DNA of 64,000 bases, taken from assembly GCF_006345805.1 (NCBI RefSeq), contig NC_043020.1:1984001-2048000 (forward strand), read 5' to 3'. Positions 39,771 to 52,975 of the stretch are shown here, in pieces. The notes under the pieces are model-generated. The model was not told where the DNA came from. It saw only the letters and a list, made by a program, of their open reading frames with translations, and made no database searches. The stretch is from Octopus sinensis. Its lineage: Eukaryota. Every line of letters starts with the position of its first letter. Position 1 is the stretch's first letter. A program made the position numbers and the translations under genes.

Positions 39771-40000
39771 TTAGAATAATAATAAAAATAATAACAATAA
39801 AAATGATACAATGATAATAATAAATAATAATAATAATAACAATAATAACAGTAAAAATGATAACAATGATAATAATAATAACATTAATAATATAATAATA
39901 ATAATAATAATAATAAAATACATTAATAATAATATAAAAATAATAACAATAAAAATGATAAAATGATAATAATAATAATATAATAATAATAATAATGATG

Positions 40001-40042
<42 letters not shown>

Positions 40043-40141
40043 TTAATAATAATATAACAATAATAAAATAAAAATGATAACAATGATAATAATAATAATA
40101 ATAATAATAATATATAATAATAATAATAATATAATAATATA

Positions 40142-40185
<44 letters not shown>

Positions 40186-40200
40186 TAATAGTAATAATAT
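39160..40200. repeat. (AAT)n-derived complex satellite with higher-order periodicity
   Basis: AATAAAAATGATAACAATGAT and AACATTAAT blocks recur in a regular order. Confidence 0.9.
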
Positions 40201-40572
40201 TAATAGTAACAATGGCAGAAAAATGCGATAATGCAAACACAAAATCCAAAAATCAAGAAGGTAAAAGGGAGAAAAAAAAAAATTTCAGCTTTTTACGCCA
40301 CAACCTTTACGACATTGCTTAGCACCACCGCCGCCCCCGCCGCCATCGAACGACACCATCTTCAACCTGTGCTAAACAAACATACAAATATACAAATATC
40401 CACAGATCGGTGGGTGGGGTGGCTGTCTTGTCGTCGCTGTTTACAAAGCTTAATGTACAAGATTAAACTTTCTGCTCCTCGAACTACATTGCTGTCTTTT
40501 GTTGGTGTTTTTTGTTTTTTTCGTTTTTGTTTTACATAATATGTTAATACATACTAATATATATATATATAG

Positions 40573-40605
<33 letters not shown>

Positions 40606-40606
40606 G

Positions 40607-40642
<36 letters not shown>

Positions 40643-41142
40643 ACATACATACGTATGGTTATATATATATATATAATATATATGATATATATGTAAAAAA
40701 TGTAATATATAAATAAATATCTACAAATATGAACCATCTGATCTGATACCAGTCATTTTTCTAATATATATATATATATATGTATATATATATGAATGTA
40801 TATATATATTCCTTGTTTTATGTTATTTTTATTAATTTTATTTTATTTTATTTTTGGCAATTTGTCAGTTGGAACATGTCAAGAGTTCAGTTTATTTCCG
40901 TTTTAAAAGCTTTTGTTCTGCATCAACTACCAACAACTGCTACTACTACTACTACTACTACTACACTACTGCTGCTCCTGTCGGTGCTATGACGGTAGTG
41001 ACGGCGATTTTTTGTTATCGTTCGTGTACATCTCTTACGATTTAGCTCAGAGTCAGCTTTGAGCAAGTGGACTTATGATTAAAGGTCCCCCCGTCCGTAG
41101 TTATCTCCTTGTGAGTGGATTTGCTTGAAACCGAAAGAAGGC

Positions 41143-41217
<75 letters not shown>

Positions 41218-41915
41218 GGCGCTCAACTGATTTGGTCGGAGTTATATATATTATTATTGAAAGCGGTCTGATGGCGCCGTGCAGCATTGGTCCGACGGGA
41301 CAGGTCTCTTCAACGAGCCTACGAAGCTTGAAGTTGCATGGGCCCCGCCCTCCACCGCTTGGTAACCGGCCTTCATGTGTTTATGTACCAGTCATCTAGC
41401 GTTTCGGTAAAAGAAACCGACGGAATAAGTATTAAGCTTTAGAAAGAAATTGCTCGGAACGATTCTTCAAGGTTGTGCCCCAGCATGGTCGCACTCGAAG
41501 ACTGAACCGAGTAAAAAAGAAAATAAAAAGAATAAAAAAAGAAGAGTGTATCACGATCCAATTCCTTCCGGCTAATTCATCCGGGGGACCACTCTGACTA
41601 ATTCATCCGGGCCCACTCTGACTCTCATCCTTTCGAGGTCGATAAAATAAATACCAGTTGAACACCAGTGTCTATCTAATCAACTTACTTCCTCCCCCGA
41701 AATTGCTGGCCTTGTTTCCACACTTGCAAGCAATATAAAATAATTATATATCAGAGAATAATTCGGTATGAAACTTCGCTGCTATTTTTCGCAGCTAAAT
41801 TAACCACATAGAGGTTCCGTTGTTGGTGCGAACTTCTGTCGTGGTTATCGCTATTTTGTTGTTGTTGTTGTTGTTGACGCTGTTCTTGCTGTCGTTTTTG
41901 TTTATACTCATTTCA

Positions 41916-42304
41916 GTGGAGGCGCAATGGCCCAGTGGTTAGGGCAGCGGACTCGCGGTCATAGGATCGCGGTTTCGATTCCCAGACCGGGCGTTGTGAG
42001 TGTTTTATTGAGCGAAAACACCTAAAAGCTCCACGAGGCTCCGGCAGGGGGGGGTGGTGATCCCTGCTGTACTCTTTCACCACACAACTTTCTCTCACTC
42101 TTACTTCCTGTTTCTGTTGTACTGTGTATTCAAGGGGCCGGCTTGTTGCTCTCTGTCTCACACGCTGAATATCCCCGAGAACTACGTAAAGAGTACACTG
42201 TCCTGTGGAGTGCTCAGCCACTACACGTAATTTCACGAGCAGGCTGTTCCGTTGATTCGGATCAACCGGAACCCTCATCGTCGTAACCGACGGAGTGCTT
42301 CCAG
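41916..42304 (+). mobile_element. SINE family C, full length, with 12-bp TSD
   Basis: TSD ATACTCATTTCA at 41904-41915 and 42305-42316; tRNA-like head; tail ...GTCGTAACCGACGGAGTGCTTCCA. Confidence 0.95.
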
Positions 42305-42819
42305 ATACTCATTTCAACAATTATCCAGTAGATATATCCTGAAAGATTATTCCGCCTATCTAAGATGCCATTAACTAAGATGTCCATCCATTCTTTATAC
42401 GATAAAACTGATCATTTTTCATCAGTAAACATCCCTAATAATCATATCATTCTCCCTAATTAAGGTGGAAGCATAACAAACAACAATAGTAACTGTAAAT
42501 ACAGTTTTACAGTGGCTGTAAATATACAGAATTCGATTACAGATGAAAGTTAATAAACGAGCAAAGGCGGCATCCAATCGATCCTCCTCATTCCATCCAC
42601 GATGAAGTTATAATTAGAATGACAGACCTTTACGACTCACTCAACTATCTATTAAATGTAATTAACTTATTTAATGAATTTACTTCGTAATAGTTGAATT
42701 CTTTGCATATTGCCCGAAGCAAACTTTGGTATGGAAAACGTACACTAATGGCGCGACAGTAGCATAAGTCGAAACATATATATATATATATATGTAGTGT
42801 GCGACCTTTTTATCTTTAA

Positions 42820-43195
42820 TTCATCTTTTTTATCCGTGTCAGTCATTAGACTGCGGCCATGCTGGAGCACCGTCCTTCAAGAACTTTTGGTCGAATGAAT
42901 CGACTTCAGTAATTTTTATTAAGCTCAGTACTTATTCTTTCGATTTTTTCTGCTAAAACGCTATGTTACGGGGACGTAAACAAACCTAAGCCGGTTGTCA
43001 ACCAGTAGTGAGGGACAAACACAGACACAAACACACACACTTACACACACACACACACACACATATGCATATATACGACGGGCTTCTTTCTGTTTCCTTT
43101 TATAAAATACATTCACAAGGCTTTCGTCGTCCCGAGGCTATTGTAGAAGACACTTGCCCAAGGTGCCGTGAAGTGGGTCTCAATCCAGAACTATG
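42820..43195 (-). mobile_element. Diverged SINE family A
   Basis: Tail, body and partial head homologous to family A. Confidence 0.8.
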
Positions 43196-43336
43196 TACAC
43201 AAGATTTTACAGAATAGCCCACATGAAAAAGGTGGGTGGTGTTAGATTTGGTGATCTTGATGACCTGTCACTTGCTCCACGTCGTCCAATCCAACTCCCC
43301 TCAAAATTAAGATGTGACCATTCTCTAACACTAAAC

Positions 43337-43340
<4 letters not shown>
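43195..43340 (-). mobile_element. Tc1/mariner-superfamily transposase fragment
   Basis: VREWSHLNFEGSWIGRRGASDRSSRSPNLTPPTFFMWAIL resembles 'F.GRWIGRRG..WPPRSPDLTP.DFF.WG'. Confidence 0.8.
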
Positions 43341-43370
<30 letters not shown>

Positions 43371-43373
<3 letters not shown>

Positions 43374-44050
43374 GAGTTGGACAAAATAATGGAAACACCT
43401 AGCATCATAGCATCATAATTTTGAAATATCTATAAAACCGTCAAAAGCTTGTTTATTTTTATGTTTTTTGATTTATTATTAGTGTTGCTCAATATGTTTT
43501 GCTAAAATTGCTATTTCTTTTCAGATATCAGAAAAAAGTTAATTAAAATTCATTAAAATGACAGATCTATCAGACTTTCAAAGAGGTCAAATTGTTAGTG
43601 CTCATATGTCAGGCGCTACTAAAACGAAAACAGCCGAAATGTTTGGTGCATCAAGTACCGTCTCGAAAGTAATGACAGCCTTTGAGAAAGCGAAGCAAAT
43701 ATTCTCGTCGAAAAAAAACTCCGGAAGAAAACCAAGACATTCAGATAGGGACCGTCGGACTATTACCCGGACTGCTACAAACGATCACAAAAGTACAACT
43801 CCCAAAATTACTGCAGAGCTTAATGACCACCTCGAGAACCCATTTTCCAAAAAAACTGTTCACCGGGAACTGCACAAAGCGGGATTTCACGGGAGGGCTG
43901 CAATCAGAAAACCACTACTTTCAAAAACTAACGTTGCGAAGCGTTTAGAGTGGAGTAAAAACTTACAAAATTGGTCCCTAGAGCAGTGGAAGAATGTTAT
44001 TTTCTCGGACCGTAGGCCGAGTTTACGTGTGGAGACAGCCAGAAGAAGCA
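43371..44050 (+). mobile_element. Tc1-like element, left TIR and transposase N-terminal half
   Basis: Starts TA|CAGGAGTTGGACAAAATAATGGAAACACC. The ORF from 43558 encodes a paired-like HTH (DLSDFQRGQIV...GRKPR...ELHKAGFHGRAAIRKPLL...WKNVIFSD). Confidence 0.9.
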
Positions 44051-44394
44051 GGAGAACGCAGTCATGGCTCTTCTGGCTAGCAAACTCACCCAAAATGCAA
44101 CCCCTTGATGATTACGTGTGGGCTGCAGGTGAGCGAGAGACCAACAAAACTCCTTGTAACACCCAAAATGCAAGGATTAAGGCAGTACTGACCAAGTTAA
44201 ACAAGGAGACCGTCCAGAAGAGTAGCAGGAAGTTCCAAAGTTGTCCGGAGGCCGTAGTTGAAGCCAATGGCGATTTTATTGAATAAATTTATTCTTTTGA
44301 TATTTCAAGATATTTTTATGTAACTTTGGCAAATATATGTTAAAATGAGAAGTCAGTGTTATTTTCCTTTTTGCGTAATTTAGACGACACCCTG
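44046..44394 (+). mobile_element. DD37D (maT-like) element, 3' end with right TIR
   Basis: RRTQSWL...NSPKMQPLDDYVW...NKETVQK...VVEANGDFIE*; ends AATTTAGACGACACCCTG|TA. Homologous to 54206-54560 in the opposite orientation. Confidence 0.85.
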
Positions 44395-44426
44395 TATATA
44401 TGTATGTGTGTTTGTGTGTGTGTGTG

Positions 44427-44459
<33 letters not shown>

Positions 44460-44997
44460 CGTGCGTGTACATCGACGCATATGTGTTTTTGTGTGTTTGA
44501 ATGTGTGGTTTTATGTTTATACATCCACACATAAACACAGACATGCACAGAAACACTTGCACACAGAAAATATATACACACGCTCATATATACTTGCAGA
44601 GGCACATACAAATATACACGCATAGGTACATACATACATACATATTGACACTTGGATTATTTGTCTAAAGCTTAAATGGAAATTATAGAACGACATGTAA
44701 GCAAGCGCTTAACATCACCTACAAATGTGTATACAGCAAAAGTGCATGTTTAAAGTGCGTGTATATATACTCTTACAAACGGTGAAAGGGAAACAGTTAT
44801 GAAGAGTTGTTTCTTTAAATCCAAGACTAATGTTTACCAAATATTTTCCATTTCAAAGAATAAACATTGCGCCTGCGTTAGCAAGATATTCTTTTGTTTC
44901 CGCTATTACATTATGTGATGTATTTTTGCTTACATATATGTAAACACAAATACATGCATGTATATACACAACACGGGTGCGCGCACGCACTCATGAA

Positions 44998-45141
<144 letters not shown>

Positions 45142-45191
45142 GGGAGCTTTATGAAAATAGACAAAAGACGAAGGCAGGTGGAAAACAAACA

Positions 45192-45226
<35 letters not shown>

Positions 45227-46066
45227 GTATTCAATTTGTAAATGCATATACAATGATAAGTCCTGGGGTCGATTAGCTCGGCTAAAAGCAGTGCTCCAGC
45301 ATGGCCAAGGTCAAATTACTGAAACAAGTAAGTGAACAAAAGAATAAAAGAATATATAAGTAAAAACATGACTGCATGTATGTGTGTGTGTGTGTGTGTG
45401 TACACTCACATACATTGTATGCATGTGGTGGTAGGTTCCAGGTCTATTAATGTATGTGTTTGTATTTCTGCGCAATAAGCCATTTGAAATGTGGTTACTT
45501 TTGCTACAAAAGGTTAAATGAATTTTGCAGAATAAGTAAGAGAGAGTGATAGAGACAGAGATACAGAGACAGAGACAGAGAGACAGAGAGAATGAAAGAG
45601 AGAAAGGTGGATAAACAGAAAACTACGCCAGTCTCTCGTCAGACACACCTATACGTACCTATAATGATATATATAGGCCGTATAAGAAACAGAGATGTAT
45701 GGCAAGGACAATCGCCATAGTGAAAAGATGTAGAATTATTTACGAAGATTTATTTCTCGGAATCTGGCGCCGATGTTTAACAAATATTTTTTCATTTTAA
45801 AAATCAACAATACGTGCCATTCTTTCTTATCTGGGTTGATGTTAATTTTGAAAAAAATTGAATTGATTGGTATTTACACACACATAGGCACACACACACA
45901 CACACACACATACACACGCACGCACACACACACACACACACACTATCACACACACATGCAATCACTTACGCACACACACACACTCAAAATCAAACGCAGT
46001 TATATACAAATGGTCATATATAGAGATAGACGGATGTATGTAGAAAACAGATCTTTCTGTCTCACA

Positions 46067-46103
<37 letters not shown>

Positions 46104-46234
46104 CATACGTACATACACACACACACACACATACATACATACATACATACATACATACATACATACATACATACATACATACATACATACATACATACAT
46201 ACATACATACGTGCGTGTATGTATATAAATATAT

Positions 46235-46400
46235 TTCGTCTGTTTTTACATTCTGAGTTCAAATTCCGCCGAGGTCGAATTTGCTTTTCGTCCTTTCGGG
46301 GTCGATAAATTAAGTACCACTTGAGTACTGGGATCGATCTAATAGACTGAACCCCCTCCCCAAAAATGTGGGGCCTTGTGCCTAGAATAGAAAAGAACAT
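46235..46400 (+). mobile_element. SINE family B headless unit
   Basis: TTTCGTCTG...GAGTTCAAATTCCGCCGAGGTCGA...GGGCCTTGTGCCTAGAATAGAAAAG. Confidence 0.85.
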
Positions 46401-46999
46401 CAATTCCTATAATGGATATCGCTCATGTTGGGGTCGAGACTGGCGCATTTCGATAGCTCTGTCGTCGTTCAGTGGAACACATTAATAGAATCAGTTTTAA
46501 CATGGAAGTAGCAAAATTTAGTGGCATTGGGTTACAATACAGGTTGCCTGACCAACAGGGATGGGCTATAGTCTTTATGGATTGCAGGAATTAAATACAT
46601 AACCCTTGTGTATGAGACTGCTGGAGTTACAGTGGTATATCTTGGTTGTCAACAGCCTGTAGCTTGAAGTTTATTAACCGAGCGTACCTTCGGTGGCAGC
46701 AATAAGAGAGTTCATTCTTTTTGTTGATGGATATAGCAGATTGATGGATTATGTATGTGTAGTTTCTTTCGGAGACAGAATGTACAAGTTGAACCTCCAA
46801 GTGAGCTGTGGATGGGCCCTGTTAATGTTAATCCATTTGATGTCCGGGAAGTTATTTCGATTGTCATGGTGTTAATGTTCTTGCCTTTCAAATCCTAAAT
46901 GCATTTACTAAGACCTAAATTTAATAGATTATGGAATCTAGACTTCTAAATTGAAGCAGAACCTATGTAATAATATATGCGACCCCCTACATTTGCGTT

Positions 47000-47220
47000 T
47001 CATTGATATACTATATTCTTCCTTAAACAATCATTTCTTAAAAGACACAAATTTAGTTTTGAAATTACAAAGGCATTTAATCTCACGTAACACCCATTGT
47101 TAAAAGAATTAGTACCAATTCTACTCTCAGAATGAGGTGTTAAGCCAAAATTATTAGTAATATTATCATCAATATTATTAGTTAGGTGTTGTCTTAAAGA
47201 TACTGTGAATTTCATAGTTG
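47000..47220 (-). mobile_element. Possible Penelope-like element (pre-GIY-YIG) fragment
   Basis: ...KLNLCLLRNDCLRKNIVYQ resembles the 'CPL...CL..NIVYQA' linker preceding the PLE GIY-YIG domain. Degenerate. Confidence 0.45.
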
Positions 47221-47530
47221 GAATTGCCTATCAAAAACTAGTTCAGAAAAATTATCAAAAAAAAGAAAGAATTAAAATTTATCTTACAACTGACGCTATC
47301 GGTCCTACTAATTTTGAACTGAGATACTATCTAATTTCAACCAAAATTTCAGCCAAATTTTTGGTGGTCGAATAGGAAGATTTTATTCTATGGCGCTTTT
47401 TATTCTGCTAAGAACTGTTATGTTATACTCCATCAGTGAATTTTATGATGTACTCTGCCTTATTGTGACGTGACTTACTCTGTGGTACACTTAAACTGAC
47501 GATTTGTTTTCACCTATTCTCTTGTATACT

Positions 47531-47580
<50 letters not shown>

Positions 47581-48294
47581 TAATGTATTTGTACAGGAAT
47601 GATGTAGGTTTTCCTTGCCAGTAATGATATTCATTAACAATTACCAATTACAGCTTCAGACTAATTATTTTTCTCATATTTCATTCAGTTTTCTTGATAT
47701 AAAACACTTGATGTGCACTCAGGAACCTAAAAGAAAAGGAGGGATGAGACGGGGAGAGAGAGAGAGAGAGTGAGAGATAGACAGACAGGCAGACGGACCA
47801 GACCAGACAGAAAGAGAGTGAGAGAACGGTAGGAAGAAGAACAACAACAACCAGGGCAACCATGCCAAGTTCTTGGACAAGCAAATAAAACCAGCACCAA
47901 GCACCCAGCACCTAAATCCATCCCCCACCCCAGAAAGCAACACAGCACCTGAAATATAACCGAATGACACGAAACATAACTTGGTGAGACCAAAATGCGA
48001 TTCAACAACAACAACAACAACAACAACAGCAAGATCACGAACTAACAAAATAAACCAAAAGCTAAGCCAAAACTAAATATTGAGTCCTCGTCATAGATAC
48101 TTTCTTTTATTCTTGTGTTATGTATTGTTGTTGTTGTTATTTTTCTTTTTTTTTTCCTTCTTCGAATGCTTTTTTTTATTCCTTAAATATTTCTGACCAC
48201 CATTTTAAGTACAATGCGGACAACATGGTCTCGAAAAAATGTCTTAGTATGGAGTCATCGTGTTACGCAGTTGCCGTCATTTATCAGCGTGTAG

Positions 48295-48323
48295 GTAGTA
48301 GTAGTGGCAGTAGTAGTAGTGGC

Positions 48324-48379
<56 letters not shown>

Positions 48380-48386
48380 CAGCAGC

Positions 48387-48419
<33 letters not shown>

Positions 48420-48690
48420 GTTGGCGGTAATAGTAGTGGTGGTGATGGTGGTAGTGGTACTGGTAGTAATAGTGGTAGTAGTAGTAGTACTGGTGGTGGT
48501 GATAGCGGTAATAGTAATGGTGGTGGTGGTGGTAGTAGTGGTGTTGATAGCGGTTATAGTGGTAGTGGTGATGGTGGTGGTAGTGGTAGTGGTGGTGGTA
48601 GTGGTGGTGGTGATAGCGGTAATAGTAGTGGTGGTGGTGGCGGCGGTGGTGGTGATAGTAGTAGTAGTAGTAGTAGAGATGGTGGGGATG
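48295..48690. repeat. Compound (GTA)n/(GTG)n microsatellite
   Basis: Directly visible. Explains the poly-S/G/V ORFs. Confidence 0.95.
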
Positions 48691-49479
48691 ATAAAAGTTG
48701 ATTTAGCTATTGTTCGTTTCGAGATACATTTTTTATTCCTTTCTTTTCTTCAAAATAGTAAAAAAATAACCAGAAAAGGCATGTGTTTTTGTGTTTTTGT
48801 GTTTTTGTGTTTTATGCTCAATTTTCTTCTTGTTTTGTCTTTGGTATTTTATATTCTTTTATTAAAGTTTAAGTTTACATTCGTACAAAACACGGAAAAA
48901 AAAGAAACACACAAATACCTGCATACGTGAATTCAAATTCAAATATGTCAGAGTTTACGAATAATACACAAATACACATACACACATATATATACACATA
49001 CATATACATATACACATACACGCACATATACACACATGTATACATATAAATGGAGCTGATGTTGTGAGTGTCTTTTTAACGATTTGTTGATGTTTTTTAA
49101 TGGAATTACGCTCAAGAATTCCAAGAATCTTTGGCTGACAATTGAGAGAGACGTGCAGACGGCAACGGGCGGGAAGAATACGCATCAGACATTGAAATAT
49201 TAAGTGCACGGGTCCGCCGCTCCGTTTTCCTCATTCCTTATTTAACTGTCCTTTGTGGCTCTTTCTCTCTGACCCCTCTTTCCATTCCCCCTGTCTCTCT
49301 CTCTGTTTCTCTCTGTCTCTCTCTCTTCCTTATTTAAATCTACGCCTGAGCCACGAGCAAACGTGAACTCCTTGGGTTGTTGACGTAAACCAAGGATACA
49401 CCCAGCCATGTTATTCTGAATTAGATTTTTGAATGTTTTTCAAAACAAACTAACCTTTCCCACCCCCACTCTTTCTTTT

Positions 49480-49900
49480 TCACATCATACACACACACAC
49501 ACACATGCTTTCACACGCACAGTCGTATACATACGCACGAACACACACTCAGGAACACACACACACACATACTTACACACACAGACATGCTTACACACAC
49601 ACACACAAGTACACACTCACGAACACACACACATGCTTTCACACGCACAGTCATATACACACACACGAACACACACTCACGAACACACACACATACATGC
49701 TTACACACACACACATGCTTACACACACACGAGTACACACTCACGAACACACACATACACACACATGTTTTCAGTCACATACACATACACACGAACACAC
49801 ACTCACGAACACACACACACATGCACACACGTACATGCACACACACACACACACACATGAGTACACACTCACGAACACACACACACACACACACACACAT
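49480..49900. repeat. CA-rich minisatellite with recurring ACACTCACGAACACACAC block
   Basis: The block recurs at least five times. Confidence 0.85.
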
Positions 49901-50170
49901 ATGTACATATCTTTTTTTTTACCTGTGTCAGTTATTGGTGCTGGGGCACCGCGTTGAAGGGCTGAGTCGAACAGATCAACGCTCATGAAGTCTTTGTTTC
50001 CAGCAACTGTCCTGCTTCTGGAAGTCGTCAGCAACGAAGGAGGTGTCCTGCCTCCTCACTTTTTTCACTAGGCTTAAGAATCAATATGTGCTGGAGAAAA
50101 TAGGGAGGCCATGGATGGACAGTACACAACAAAAGAACGTATGTCTTCTAATAAGATTGCGCTATCTCAT

Positions 50171-50562
50171 GATGGATGGACGCACTCCGTCGGTTACGAC
50201 GACGAGGGTTCCGGTTGATCCGAATCAACGGAACAGCCTGCTCGTGAAATTAACGTGTAAGTGGCTGAGCACTCCACAGACACGTGAACCCTTAACGTAG
50301 TTCTCGAGGATATTCAGCGTGACACAGAGAGTGACAAGGCCGGCCCTTTTAAATACAGGTACAACAGAAACAGGAAGTAAGAGTGAGAGAAAGTTGTGGT
50401 GAAAGAGTACAGCAGGAATCACCACCATCCCCTGCCGGAGCCTCGTAGAGCTTTAGGTGTTATCGCTCAATAAACACTCACAACGCCCGGTCTGGGAATC
50501 GAAACCGCGATTCTATGACCACGAGTCCGCTGCTCTAACCACTGGGTCATTGCGCCTCCACA
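50171..50562 (-). mobile_element. SINE family C, full length, with 10-bp TSD
   Basis: TSD GCTATCTCAT at 50161-50170 and 50563-50572. Confidence 0.95.
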
Positions 50563-50703
50563 GCTATCTCATAAGGCTAGGGCAACGCGAGTGAGGATGC
50601 ATGCCATGCAATGGGACTAAACCTGGAACCATGTGGTTGGTATGCTAGTTACTTACCACACAGCCACTCCTGCGCCTATACTGATATATGATTATATAGA
50701 TAT

Positions 50704-51356
50704 AATTATAGCAAAGGGTGTGGATAAACCACGCCAACACGCTGGAAATAGATGCTAACAGGTCTTTAAACCACATATTATTTTACTCAGTTGGCACAGG
50801 TTAAAAGGGAGTTAATGAATAAATCAGATTAAAAAAAAAAAACAAGAGTTACTGATAAATCGATTTCTTGGCTTAGGGAAGCAAGTTCCTTCTGCTATCA
50901 TGAGTATGAGATCTCCAAAGAGTATAAATGCAGATCTTTATACACACCCATATAAACAACATACATCCACACGTATACACTATTTAAATCTAATTCATTC
51001 GCCGCAAACCACGTGCGTTTACGATCAAAATAATAGGGCAATAAATATTAATTGATCGGGATTAATAATACATATTTATTTATTTATTTATAATTAATTA
51101 ATTAATGAAGGATAAACCATTGAATGATTTTATCATTACTCTGATATATATATCATTTATTCTGATGATAGCAGAAGGAACTTGCTTCCCTAAGCCAATA
51201 AATCGATTTATCAGTAACCCTTTTTTTAAAATCTGATTTATTCATTAAGCTGTTTTGAGCATATGCTAAAGGAGTAAAATAATATGTAGTTTATTGAGCC
51301 ATTAGCATCTATTTCTAGCGTGTTAATGTGGTTTATCTACAGCCTTAGCTATAATA
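50704..51356. mobile_element. Foldback/MITE-like element with about 195-bp imperfect inverted arms
   Basis: 50704-50901 is an inverted copy of 51165-51356, e.g. GTTACTGATAAATCGATTTCTTGGCTTAGGGAAGCAAGTTCCTTCTGCTATCAT vs ATGATAGCAGAAGGAACTTGCTTCCCTAAGCCAATAAATCGATTTATCAGTAAC. Confidence 0.8.
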
Positions 51357-51379
51357 ATATTTTTTATAATTATATAACA

Positions 51380-51413
<34 letters not shown>

Positions 51414-51415
<2 letters not shown>

Positions 51416-51601
51416 CGGGAAGGTTTACGAAAATAAACAAAAGACGAAGGCAGGTGGAGTACAAACAAACAATTGTATTAGTATGGCGCTCAGGAATAGA
51501 AATAAAACAAGTCTTTTACGTTTCGAGCCTACGCTCTTCAACAGAAAGATACACAGAAAAGAAACAAGGAGAGAAACAAGGAGAGAAAAAAATGCGTGCA
51601 G
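51414..51601 (-). mobile_element. (TA)n-anchored Penelope-type terminal repeat fragment carrying a minimal hammerhead-like motif
   Basis: Homologous to 53427-53613 and partially to 45141-45194. All three abut (TA)n. Confidence 0.65.
51512..51549 (-). ncRNA. Minimal Type I hammerhead-like motif (variant core CUGUUGA; palindromic ACGU stem III)
   Basis: Minus strand reads TCTTT-CTGTTGA-A-GAGC-GTAG-GCTC-GAA-ACGT-A-AAAGA: 5-bp stem I, 4-bp stem II. Confidence 0.55.
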
Positions 51602-51672
51602 GAGCTAACGATTCAACATGGCGTTCTATATATATATATTTATTTATTTATATATTTATTTATTTATATATA

Positions 51673-52061
51673 TATAAACAACTTATAAACAAGAGCAAAA
51701 GAAAAAATTATTCCCATACCAATATGCTGAGAACAGACTTTAAATTGTCAATTTCCACATTTCATTATACATTCACTATAGATACCCGTCGTGCTGAAAT
51801 CAAGGAAAGCTAGCCAACAGCATTTTTTTTTAAAGTTCGTTATTAACAAGAAGAATCCATAGGATTATTCCCGAAATTGATTCAATATAGAAATAACGAA
51901 CTTTTAAAAAAATTCTGTTGGCTAGTTTTCCTTGATTTCAGCACGACGGGTATCTATAGTGAATGTATAATGAAATGTGGAAATTGACAATTTAAAGTCT
52001 GTTCTCAGCATATTGCCATGGAAATAATTTTTCTTTTGCTCTTGTATATAAGTTGTTTATA
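51673..52061. mobile_element. Young palindromic MITE/foldback (about 170-bp near-identical arms, 47-nt spacer)
   Basis: 51673-51844 is nearly the exact reverse complement of 51892-52061. Confidence 0.9.
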
Positions 52062-52137
52062 ATTTTAACTTTTAAAGGTATTTTAATATGCTGCCACTTT
52101 TGATGAAATTTTTTTCGGAGAAAATTTTATCCTATAT

Positions 52138-52196
<59 letters not shown>

Positions 52197-52556
52197 TATA
52201 TATATATATATAAAATATTAGGAAGAAACACCTTTTATCAATTCAAAATGAATAATTAAATTACACCATCTAGAAATTACATATAAAAGAAAAGTTAAAA
52301 TTAAAATAACAATTAAAAAGTAAAGATTTTTCCTTCTAAGTTTGGATTTTATTCCCTCAAATAATAAATATATAACGGGCTTCTTGCACTTTCCGTCGAC
52401 CACCCAGAAGGTCTTGGTCGGCCAGAGGCTACTGTAGGACACCTATTCAAGTGAACCTACTGAATGACAAGAGAACAAGAACTACTGAAATTAATGAGGT
52501 TGATTAAGGAATTTCTGTTCTCTTGTCATTCAATAATTAATGTAACGCTCTGTAAT

Positions 52557-52975
52557 AGGCGGCGAGCCGGCAGAATCGTTAGCACGCCGGGCGAAATGCT
52601 TAGCGTTATTTCGTCTGCCATTACGTTCTGAGTTCAAATTCCGCCGAGGTCGACTTTGCCTTTCATCCTTTCGGGATCGATAAATAAAGTACCAGTTATG
52701 CACTGGGGTCGATGTAATCGACTTAATCTCCTTGTTTGTCCCCTCTATGTTTAGCCCCTTGTGGGCAATAAAGAAATAAGTATCATTAGCACGCATTTCG
52801 TCTGTCTCTACGGTTTCAGTTCAAATTCCGCTAAAGTCGACATTCTCTTTCCTCCTTTCGACATCGATACATCCTTCCATTTTATGATTTATACTCTTGC
52901 GAACAGGGGTCGATATAGATGTTTTAACCCCTTTCCCTAACTTGCTGGCCTTGTGCCAACATTTGGAAGCAATTT
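52557..52975 (+). mobile_element. SINE family B, full unit plus a diverged second unit
   Basis: Head AGGCGGCGAGCCGGCAGAATCG; tail AATAAAGAAATAAG; then a second core. Confidence 0.9.

Noticed and set aside
41916-41990. tRNA-like sequences (SINE heads throughout the window)
   Set aside because: They are SINE heads with TSDs and SINE bodies, not complete cloverleaf tRNA genes.
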